Source: Actinomycetota bacterium (GTDB lineage Bacteria; Actinomycetota; Aquicultoria; Aquicultorales; JAMCWL01). Taken from it: a stretch of 64,000 nucleotides of DNA. A program made the position numbers and the translations under genes. Where the stretch lies: NCBI GenBank assembly GCA_023481285.1, contig JAMCWL010000103.1, positions 10,205 to 74,204 on the forward strand. The letters are read 5' to 3'. The notes under the pieces are model-generated. The model was not told the origin of the DNA. It searched no databases and worked only from the letters and a program-made list of their open reading frames with translations. Of the stretch, positions 1 through 7,472 are shown piece by piece; the first letter of the stretch is position 1; each line of letters begins with the position of its first letter.

Positions 1-1330
1 TCGTTATCACTTCGACAAAGGTCATCGTCTCATTCGAGACGAATCCGGGAGGCAACAATACTTCAATACTCTTCCCAACCCTCTTAACTTGACGATTGCG
101 TCCCGGAAAGTTGAAGATCATCTGATTGACAAGCTTACCGTCCATGATCGCTCTTATATCGATACGATACTTGATGGACCCGCTTGCCGGAGCGTTAAAC
201 GTCGCTATGACGAACGATTCGTTAGCCTTTACGACGCGGAGCATCGTCACATCGCCCGCGGGTTCCAACAGTCGTACGGCCCTGTCGCCGACCGGGTCTT
301 GCGCTCCAACCTCCAGAAGCTCAGGGTTTTTTATCTCGCCATTTTCGACCATTGACTCGGGAACGGTCTCCACCTTGAAGATCCCCCCACCTAACGACCC
401 CACCTCGTTTCGCCTGTAAAAACCGGCGATATCGTAGCTGGCGAAAAAGAATTGCGAGCGGTATTGGACAAGCGCCCTGGCCTTCTTGGATTTGGCCAGG
501 GAGTCAAGGATTACGGAGCGCCAGTCAAGACCTACGTTTAACAGCTTTTCAGGCGGAGGCAGAAAAGCATAGGGATGAAAGCCGTACGGGAAGGGATACC
601 CGCCCCGGTGGACGATGTACTCGACAACGACTGGCTTCTTCGTGATGGCTGGATCCGTAAGCGCCATCGTTCCAAAGAGGTTCGCGGCATAATGGTCGGG
701 GTGCGTTTCTAGCCTGTTTGGCATGATCACAAAGTCAGGCTGGTATCGTGCGAACAATTCGGCAAGTTCGTTACCGATGATTCTGCCCTCATATAACGCC
801 CCCGGTTTGAAGCTTCTCTTATATGGGGAGCGGTCGACCTGAGTAAAAGGGGACTTGAATGGCGTCAGCCAATTATTCCTCCATATTTCCGCGGTTCCCC
901 GATCGGGAAAGCCGAGGAATTGAAGGTCGCTTGCGTAACCCAAGGCACGCGTTGCCCGCAAGCTTTCAATCTGGCGGAGCTCGCCGTTCCGGATGTAATC
1001 CGCCGGTTTCACCTCAAACCTCTTGAGCGTCTGCGCCGTCTCAAGCGTGAAAGCGTCGCCGTTCGTCAAAAGAATGGCGCGAACGGTGGCACCTTTTGCT
1101 GCAGCGCTCGCAAGCCAACCACCAAGCGAAAGCGTCTCGTCGTCAGGGTGCGGGGCGAGGACGACCACCGAAGAACCGGGCGGGATGCTCGGCAGCGGTT
1201 TCACCCCGGCCCTCTGGAAGCCAACCCAGGATACCTTATACGCCAGAAGATTGCTGAGAACGAAGACTCCTACTCCGGCGATCGCTCCGATAGCGATAAA
1301 TCTGAGCAGCCAAGCAAGCTTCTGCGACAT
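1..1330 (-). CDS. PIG-L/LmbE family deacetylase, membrane-anchored; the 3' end runs off the window
   Basis: This ORF is missing from the ORF track because it is open to position 1. The ATG is at 1330-1328. Translation gives MSQKLAWLLRFIAIGAIAGVGVFVL (TM helix) followed by VVVLAPHPDDETLSLGG, the PIG-L motif. I checked the frame by hand down to nt ~50 and it stays open. Confidence 0.7.
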   Translation of the reverse strand, partial: MSQKLAWLLRFIAIGAIAGVGVFVLSNLLAYKVSWVGFQRAGVKPLPSIPPGSSVVVLAPHPDDETLSLGGWLASAAAKGATVRAILLTNGDAFTLETAQTLKRFEVKPADYIRNGELRQIESLRATRALGYASDLQFLGFPDRGTAEIWRNNWLTPFKSPFTQVDRSPYKRSFKPGALYEGRIIGNELAELFARYQPDFVIMPNRLETHPDHYAANLFGTMALTDPAITKKPVVVEYIVHRGGYPFPYGFHPYAFLPPPEKLLNVGLDWRSVILDSLAKSKKARALVQYRSQFFFASYDIAGFYRRNEVGSLGGGIFKVETVPESMVENGEIKNPELLEVGAQDPVGDRAVRLLEPAGDVTMLRVVKANESFVIATFNAPASGSIKYRIDIRAIMDGKLVNQMIFNFPGRNRQVKRVGKSIEVLLPPGFVSNETMTFVEVIT

Positions 1331-1462
1331 ATACATAATTTACCCCCAACTTAGAAGAAGAGTGCCACGTTTAATCGCACGGTTTGAGGGAATATATAGC
1401 GGTAGATAGTACCTCAACCTGTAGGGCCTTGATTCATCGAGGCCCGCGCAGATCGCTTACCG

Positions 1463-3037
1463 ATGGAGAGAAAGATGCGACGTCGCGAATCCGATGGATC
1501 GGCCGGTTTCAACTTTTCGCCGGGAAGAAACAGGGCCTCGCAGATAAATTGGCATCCCTGGAGCTCGGCGTCGTTTGCGAGGGCCGAAGAGGCCGATCGT
1601 CCGATATTTCTTCTGATAACGACATTCTGGAGCGGGCGCTCTCACCTCATGGATGAGACGACCTTTTCAGACTGGAGAGTTATCCGGGAGCTCAACCGCC
1701 GCTTCATCCCCGTCCGCGTTGATGGCGACCGCCGGCCCGACGTAAGCGATCGTTATCTCTTCAACGGCTGGCCGACGGCGGCTTTTCTCACTCCGGACGG
1801 CGACATAATCGCCAGCCGGAATTTCACCGGCGCCGAAGAGTTGCTCAATATTTCGAGAAAAATCACGACGCTCTATCGGAATTTTGGAAGAGAGATGCGC
1901 TTCGAGGCGCAATCCGGCCGACGCGACCTTCTCTCGCTTGAGCTCGATTGGATCGGGAGGTCGTGTAAGTTCAACCCCGGGCTCGCGCCGATCATCGTCG
2001 GCACCCTTGTTAACAGCTATAACCAGGCCGGCGGAAGCTTTGGTGAGAATGATAAGCTCCCCAATCCAGCCGCTTTGGAGCTGCTGATGAGGACTTCCCG
2101 GCAGCAGAGACCCGCCCTCTTGGAGATGGCGACGTCTATTCTGAGTAAAATGGCAACCGGGGGCCTCTACGACCGCATCCAGGGTGGTTTTTACCGCTGT
2201 TCAGCGGGGAAGGTTTGGGGTTCGCCCGATAGGGCGAAGCTGCTCTCGGTCAACGCTGCCCTTATCGCCAACTACTTACTTGCCTATCGCCTGACCAGGA
2301 CGGATCACTACCGCGAGTTGGCCTTCGGAAGCATAGACTACGTCAGTAAAAACCTTCTAGCGGGCGATAGCGGCGGTTTTTTTGCCAGCGAGGATTCCTC
2401 GACGAGCCGCCCGCGGAGGTTAACCGGGGGCGGGCGACCCCTCCCCCGCATCGACAGAACGATATTCACCGACCAGAACTGCTCAATGGTCAACGCTTAT
2501 CTCGATGCGCATCTCATCTCCAGGGAAGGGCAGTACCTTGACTACGCCCTGGCGACGCTTGACCTTCTATGGAGCAAGTGTTTTGAGCCCGACCGGGGAA
2601 TGGCCCACTATCTTGTGAAAGACGGCGCGCATCTCTTCGGCCACTTGAATGACCAGGCCTGGGCCATATACGCCCTGGCGAGAGCGGGGGCCGTAACAGG
2701 TGAGCGCGGCCACGTCGTCCGGGCAATCGAACTGCTCGATATAGCCTCAGCCGCTCTCTATGAGGAAGGCGGTTTTTGCGATCTGCCCTTCAACGCATAC
2801 TCGAACGGGCTCTTAAAGATGAAGCTCAGGCCGATATCCGGAAACGCCGTAATGGCCAGGGCGCTCGCTTTGCTTGCCTCCTTGACCGACAACCGGGAGT
2901 ACCTTGAACTTGCAGAGCGGATTCTGGGCTCGTTAAAGGTTGAGACCATCCTCCCCACGTGCGAAATGAGCGAGTACGGCCTTTCGATCTTTGAAATCGC
3001 GCAGGCATCCTCTACATACCGCCGCAAAGCTGCATGA
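1463..3037 (+). CDS. DUF255/YyaL-type protein with a thioredoxin-like N-domain and an (alpha/alpha)6 barrel
   Basis: 524-aa ORF. The N-terminus (INWHPWSSASFARAEEADRPIFLLITTFWSGRSHLMDETTF) matches the DUF255 layout. The usual CHWCHVM redox motif reads SGRSHLM here. Confidence 0.7.
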   Translation: MERKMRRRESDGSAGFNFSPGRNRASQINWHPWSSASFARAEEADRPIFLLITTFWSGRSHLMDETTFSDWRVIRELNRRFIPVRVDGDRRPDVSDRYLFNGWPTAAFLTPDGDIIASRNFTGAEELLNISRKITTLYRNFGREMRFEAQSGRRDLLSLELDWIGRSCKFNPGLAPIIVGTLVNSYNQAGGSFGENDKLPNPAALELLMRTSRQQRPALLEMATSILSKMATGGLYDRIQGGFYRCSAGKVWGSPDRAKLLSVNAALIANYLLAYRLTRTDHYRELAFGSIDYVSKNLLAGDSGGFFASEDSSTSRPRRLTGGGRPLPRIDRTIFTDQNCSMVNAYLDAHLISREGQYLDYALATLDLLWSKCFEPDRGMAHYLVKDGAHLFGHLNDQAWAIYALARAGAVTGERGHVVRAIELLDIASAALYEEGGFCDLPFNAYSNGLLKMKLRPISGNAVMARALALLASLTDNREYLELAERILGSLKVETILPTCEMSEYGLSIFEIAQASSTYRRKAA

Positions 3038-3115
3038 TCTCTAATTTACCGGTAAATTATCTTCCGGTACCATAGTTCCGGCATCCATATTGATCGTTGC
3101 GCTAAGACGGACCAG

Positions 3116-3871
3116 CTAGAGATTACCCCGAACAACCCCCTCCACGACGCTGAGCGCCTCGTCGATGTCGGCGACGACCAGCCCGGCGGATTCTCTGACC
3201 TCGAGGAGAGCATCTTCAAACGTGACCGATAAGCCGGCCCGCTTCAGCATCGGGATGTCGTTTTCTCCGTCTCCAACCGCAATCAAAGAGAGGTTCGGGT
3301 ACCCCAGGCTCTCGAGGTGGGCCAGGAAGATCCCTTTGTTCAGCCCCTGGGGCATCATGTCGATCATCCCGGAATGGGTCGAAACGTAAAGGCCGCTTTC
3401 CGGGGGCGCGATCGATTGCGCATACTCAAAAACCTCCTTAACCTGTAAACCAACGATAGGCAGTACGGTTATATTTACGAGGTTTGGTTGAAACCAGAGG
3501 CGACTCCGGAATTGCTTCCTGAGCTGTCGCTCGCACCTACCGAGAGCCCGGCGAAGATCGTTTGACACGCTATAGACGATCTGCCGGTGGGTGGATACTT
3601 CAAGAATAACTCCTCCGACCTCGCCAACCGCAAAGGATGCTGAGATACCCATGCCGTCGGCAACCCCGTGGACGTACGCCATGTCCTTACCCGAGATGAG
3701 CGAGAGCTCGATCCCGTTCTCTTGAATAGCGCGAAGCCGTGCAGATACTTCGGGGCTTACCGGGTCAAGATTGGGTCGCAATGTTCCGTCAACGTCGAAA
3801 ACGACCATCCGTGGTTCCATGCTGCTGTCGCTCCCTTCCACAGCCGTGCGTAGCTCGTTAACAGAGAACAT
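3116..3871 (-). CDS. HAD-IIB (Cof-type) sugar-phosphate phosphatase
   Basis: HAD motifs are present: VVFDVDGTL, SGK and GDGENDIPML. The true start may be the internal MEPRM. Confidence 0.65.
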   Translation of the reverse strand: MFSVNELRTAVEGSDSSMEPRMVVFDVDGTLRPNLDPVSPEVSARLRAIQENGIELSLISGKDMAYVHGVADGMGISASFAVGEVGGVILEVSTHRQIVYSVSNDLRRALGRCERQLRKQFRSRLWFQPNLVNITVLPIVGLQVKEVFEYAQSIAPPESGLYVSTHSGMIDMMPQGLNKGIFLAHLESLGYPNLSLIAVGDGENDIPMLKRAGLSVTFEDALLEVRESAGLVVADIDEALSVVEGVVRGNL

Positions 3872-3960
3872 CGCCTACGGTGTACCGCCGCAAGATTGCT
3901 ATGCCCAGCGCGTGCGTTTCAGAATCAATTTAAGGGCTAAATAGTAGCGGGAGGTCGTAG

Positions 3961-4218
3961 ATGTCGGGATATGTCTTTGTCGTACTCGCCATAATTTTCG
4001 TCGTCGTGCTTTTCGGGATGATATTTTATGGAGCAAGCACTCTGATGCGCAGGCTGAACGAGCAGCTCCGTGAAGACAAGCGCGAGCCGTCAAAAAAGGC
4101 GCTCGGCGAGTTGGAGTCCCGCTACGCGAGGGGTGAGATTGACCGGGTAGAATTCGAGTCAAAGCTCAGAGACATCGAGAAAGCCCCTCGTGAAGACGAG
4201 GAGCGCGATGATAAGTAA
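3961..4218 (+). CDS. SHOCT-domain small membrane protein
   Basis: An N-terminal TM helix is followed by LESRYARGEIDRVEFESKLRDI, which is SHOCT-like. Confidence 0.6.
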   Translation: MSGYVFVVLAIIFVVVLFGMIFYGASTLMRRLNEQLREDKREPSKKALGELESRYARGEIDRVEFESKLRDIEKAPREDEERDDK

Positions 4219-4225
4219 AATGTCC

Positions 4226-4699
4226 TTACGCAGCCCGTCTGCCCGTCGAAATCTCTCTAAGGACGTTGAAAACCTCATCTATATCCGGGACATCCGCGTC
4301 CTTGTAGAGGCGGCTGTATCGAACGGTCCTCTCCGCATCGAGCACCATTACGGCGCGATGCTCCCGTAGCTCCTCGAGGTTCCAGACCCCAAAGGCCTTG
4401 CCGACCTCACCCCAGCGGTCGGTAAGCAGAGGAAAGGTCACCCCAATGTCGTCGGCGTACGCCTTGTGACACCAGTTGCTGTCGACGCTGATGCCGAGCA
4501 CACTTGCGCCCATCTCCCGTATCTCGGAACTCCGAGATTCGCAAGCCTGGAGTTCTCCCGTTCAAATCGGTGTGAAGTCGTGAACGTAAAAGAAGAGAGC
4601 GGTATTGCCGCCCTCATTGTAGCGGCTCAACTGAACCTCACCGCCGCTCTGGTCGCGCAAGATGAAGTCAGGCGCGCGAAACCCGGCCTGGAGCATCAT
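4226..4699 (-). CDS. BCP/PrxQ-type peroxiredoxin with an in-frame TGA at 4564-4562, a putative selenocysteine at the peroxidatic position
   Basis: The ORF track reports only 4226..4513. The same frame upstream reads MMLQAGFRAPDFILRDQSGGEVQLSRYNEGGNTALFFYVHDFTPI-TGA-TGELQACESRSSEIREMGASVLGISVDS... The TGA replaces Cys in the FTPxCT motif. An AGGAGG RBS lies upstream, and an alternative GTG start is at 4705. Confidence 0.75.
4515..4561 (-). promoter_or_regulatory. Candidate bacterial SECIS hairpin immediately 3' of the UGA
   Basis: The RNA reads UGA ACGGGAGAACUCCAGGCUUGCGAAUCUCGGAGUUCCGAGAUACGG. GAACUCC pairs with GGAGUUC as a 7-bp stem. An alternative stem is UCUCGG/CCGAGA. I folded this by eye only. 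Confidence 0.4.
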
Positions 4700-4823
4700 A
4701 TCCACGATGACCTCCTAAGAGAAGAGTTTTAACGTTACGTGATTGATTTCCAGAATCGCTCTCCTTTACGCGGGCCGGGCAGCCCTGATGAGCGCTTTCT
4801 TTTAGCGGTTGTTAAATGGCCTC

Positions 4824-5744
4824 TTACGCTATCGCTTCAGAGGGGATCTTTCCCAACTCCACTAAAGCCGACCTTAGAACTTCCAGGCCCTTGGGGCCTA
4901 GATCGACAAGCGGCAGCCTTACCGGACCTGCGGGCTGTCCCATCCATTTGAGGGCTTGCTTAACGGGGGCCGGGTTAGGCTCGACGAAGAGCGCCTTGAC
5001 CGTCGGGAGAATCCGGTAGTGTATCTCGCGGGCCTCTTCCACCCGCCCGGCCGTGACGAGCTCTACAATCTCGCAGACCTCCCGGCCGATAACGTGCCCG
5101 ACCGCGGCGACCGCCCCATGCCCGCCCAGGCATATGAGCGAAAACGTGAGTGCGTCCTCACCGGCGTAGACGTGGAAACCGCTTCCCCTCGTGCCCCTCA
5201 GAACGGACATCGCTTGCAGAATATCCCCCGACGCGTCCTTGAGACCGACTATATTCTCAATTTCAGAGAGACGGATTATCGTATCCGGTTCAATGTTCCT
5301 CCCGGTTCTCGCCGGGATGTTATAGAGAATCATTGGGAGTGAGACGGCCTCGGCCACCTCCTTGAAGTGGCGGTAGATACCTTCTTGGCTTGGCCTGTTG
5401 TAGTAGGGCCCGACCTGCAGGGTGCCTGCGACGCCGATTTCTGCGGCGGCCTCCGTCAGCTCTATCGCCTCCTTCGTGGAGTTCGAGCCCGTCCCCGGAA
5501 TGACCGGGACCCTCCCCGCGACCTGGTCATAGACTATGCGTATGACCTCGATGTGTTCCCGGTGGGAGAGGGTCGGCGACTCTCCCGTCGTGCCACAGGG
5601 AATTATGGCGGCTGCCCCCTGCTGCTCTATCAGGTAATCGGTTAGCCGGCGCAAGCCTGATTCATCAAGCTTGTACTCGTCGGTAAAGGGCGTGATTATG
5701 GGGATCAGGCAGCCCCTCAGGTCCCATTTCTTCTGGCCCATCAA
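4824..5744 (-). CDS. dapA: 4-hydroxy-tetrahydrodipicolinate synthase (DapA/NAL family)
   Basis: Family motifs GTTGESPTLSHREH, YNIPARTG and GLKDASG (catalytic Lys) are present. AGGAGG RBS. Confidence 0.8.
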   Translation of the reverse strand: MMGQKKWDLRGCLIPIITPFTDEYKLDESGLRRLTDYLIEQQGAAAIIPCGTTGESPTLSHREHIEVIRIVYDQVAGRVPVIPGTGSNSTKEAIELTEAAAEIGVAGTLQVGPYYNRPSQEGIYRHFKEVAEAVSLPMILYNIPARTGRNIEPDTIIRLSEIENIVGLKDASGDILQAMSVLRGTRGSGFHVYAGEDALTFSLICLGGHGAVAAVGHVIGREVCEIVELVTAGRVEEAREIHYRILPTVKALFVEPNPAPVKQALKWMGQPAGPVRLPLVDLGPKGLEVLRSALVELGKIPSEAIA

Positions 5745-5820
5745 TTCCTCCTAATAGGAAGTGGTTGTTCCTCCAGGTCATCGACCGCGTGCTTTACATT
5801 ATAGGCTACCAGGGGAAAGA

Positions 5821-5871
5821 GCAATTAGCAATTACCAATTAGCAAGTGGCAATTAGCAAGTGGCAATTAGC
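5821..5871. repeat. Intergenic tandem word repeat (GCAATTAG/GCAAGTGG units)
   Basis: The sequence reads gcaattagcaattaccaattagcaagtggcaattagcaagtggcaattag. It lies between the treT stop and the dapA start. Confidence 0.9.
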
Positions 5872-5882
5872 CTGCCAGCAAC

Positions 5883-5957
5883 GTCGGTCGTCGGTTGGCG
5901 CCGAAGGCGCCTCTGGGCGTCGGCGGTCGGCCGCGGTCGGCGCCTCTGGGCGATCGG
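5883..5957. repeat. Intergenic GC-rich word repeat (GTCGG/CGGTCGG units) with a duplicated ggcgcctctgggcgNcgg
   Basis: The sequence reads gtcggtcgtcggttggcgccgaaggcgcctctgggcgtcggcggtcggccgcggtcggcgcctctgggcgatcggt. Confidence 0.85.
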
Positions 5958-7262
5958 TTAGAGCGCCAGCAACTTGAATAGTTTGAGCTCGTCGATGAGG
6001 AGCCTCGTAACAAGATAGCGCTCGCGGACGAACTCCCTACCGCGACCGGCGATCTCCCGTGACTGCTTGGCGTTTTTCAGCAAGAAGGTGATCCATTTGA
6101 CATACTCTTCTTCGGTATCCGCCAGAAAGCCCCCTACGCCGTTTTTCATCTGGAGTGGTATGCCACCAGTATCACCTGCGACAACCGGCGTCCCTTTCCA
6201 TATCGCTTCCGAAACAACCAGACCGAATCCCTCTTTGATCGACTTCTGGATGACGACGTCGCTCAGTCGCTGAAAAGCATTGACTTCAAGGCTGCCGACG
6301 CCATTCAGGTTTGTGAACATAAAGATGTCCCGGTCATCCTTCGTCTCCTTTTCGATGCTGGAGTATATTCGCCAGGCCTCCGGGTCATCCATCGCCATAA
6401 AGCCGACCAGCGCCAACTGGAGGGTTGGGACCTGCTCTTTAACCTGGCGATAGATCCTTATGACGCCGATGGGATCCTTCCAGGGATCGAAGCGCGAAAC
6501 TTGAGTCAGCAGCGGACGCCTTGCGTCGACACCATATTCCGAAAGCACCTCCCGGCTCAAAGCGATGGGAAGTTCCCGGTTCTTGGTCGATAAGGGATCG
6601 ATCGCCGGTGGGATATAGAGGATTCTATTTTTCGGCATTTCGAGACCGGGTGGACGGAACTTGTCCATGGTGAAGACCGCCGCATCGTGCTCCTCCACGA
6701 ATGGGCGCAGGAAATCCCAGACAGCTTTGTTTGGATGAGCGGTGTCGATGTGGCAACGCCAGACCCATTTTGCCCCTTTGCGGCCGTAAAAATGGCGAAA
6801 GGCGGCGGGCTGTGGATCGTGCGCGATGACCAGATCGTATCGTGAACGGTCGCTCTCGGCGGATAACCTGTTATGATCCAGGTAATCTTTGATATCCTGC
6901 TTCGTCGGCGCATACTCCATCCCTTGAAGGGCATTGTGAAAGACTTTGGTCACCTCGAAGAAGTCGAAGTGTTGCGGAAGAGTCTTCCATTCCGCCTCTA
7001 TCCCGGACGAGACCTCCAGGGGGACGAGCGTCGTCAGAAGCTCCGCGACGCCGCCCCCGGATGCGGTGGAATTGATATGCAGAACCCTCAGACCCCTGAT
7101 ATCCGAAGCGAGCCGGCGTATCTCTTCCAGGACATCCCGCCCGACGATCGAGGCGTAATCGCCGAGCGCCTTTTTCTTAAGAGAAATCCGCACCGTATCG
7201 AGGCGATGCTCTCTCCCCACCATGTCCACTGGGAAACCCTCATGACGTTCCGTTTCCGCCAT
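5958..7262 (-). CDS. treT: Trehalose glycosyltransferring synthase (TreT-like, GT4)
   Basis: It aligns along its full length with what I recall of Thermococcales TreT: HINSTASGGGVAELL, FFEVTKVFHNALQG, WRCHID, VSRFDPWKDP, EGFGLVVSEA. Confidence 0.75.
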   Translation of the reverse strand: MAETERHEGFPVDMVGREHRLDTVRISLKKKALGDYASIVGRDVLEEIRRLASDIRGLRVLHINSTASGGGVAELLTTLVPLEVSSGIEAEWKTLPQHFDFFEVTKVFHNALQGMEYAPTKQDIKDYLDHNRLSAESDRSRYDLVIAHDPQPAAFRHFYGRKGAKWVWRCHIDTAHPNKAVWDFLRPFVEEHDAAVFTMDKFRPPGLEMPKNRILYIPPAIDPLSTKNRELPIALSREVLSEYGVDARRPLLTQVSRFDPWKDPIGVIRIYRQVKEQVPTLQLALVGFMAMDDPEAWRIYSSIEKETKDDRDIFMFTNLNGVGSLEVNAFQRLSDVVIQKSIKEGFGLVVSEAIWKGTPVVAGDTGGIPLQMKNGVGGFLADTEEEYVKWITFLLKNAKQSREIAGRGREFVRERYLVTRLLIDELKLFKLLAL

Positions 7263-7428
7263 AGCTCCTCCGCCTTACCGGTCAGCCACCGTGAACTCCA
7301 TCAGCCGGCAAACCTGCTTCTGCACTATCTGTTCCCTACTGGCACCGCTGTATCTCGAAATGACCACGGAGCTATGAGACAACTCTATAATCGAATCAGC
7401 ACAGAGGGATTGAAATGCGATGCTTTAG

Positions 7429-7464
7429 CCAAGGTACCAAGGTACCAGGGTACTAAGGGTACCC
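7429..7464. repeat. Intergenic tandem word repeat (GGTACC-based)
   Basis: The sequence reads ccaaggtaccaaggtaccagggtactaagggtaccc. It lies between the treT start and the pheT stop. Confidence 0.9.
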
Positions 7465-7472
7465 GGAGCTTT

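Noticed and set aside
4226-4513. The peroxiredoxin as a simple 5'-truncated gene or nonsense pseudogene
   Set aside because: The upstream 62 codons are intact and homologous and have an RBS. The single stop is a TGA exactly at the catalytic Cys codon and is followed by a hairpin. Sec recoding explains this better, although pseudogenisation cannot be excluded without evidence for selABCD.
5821-5957. The intergenic tandem repeats as CRISPR arrays
   Set aside because: The units are only 6-9 nt and directly abut one another with no unique spacers. The arrays are under 80 nt, and no cas genes are present.
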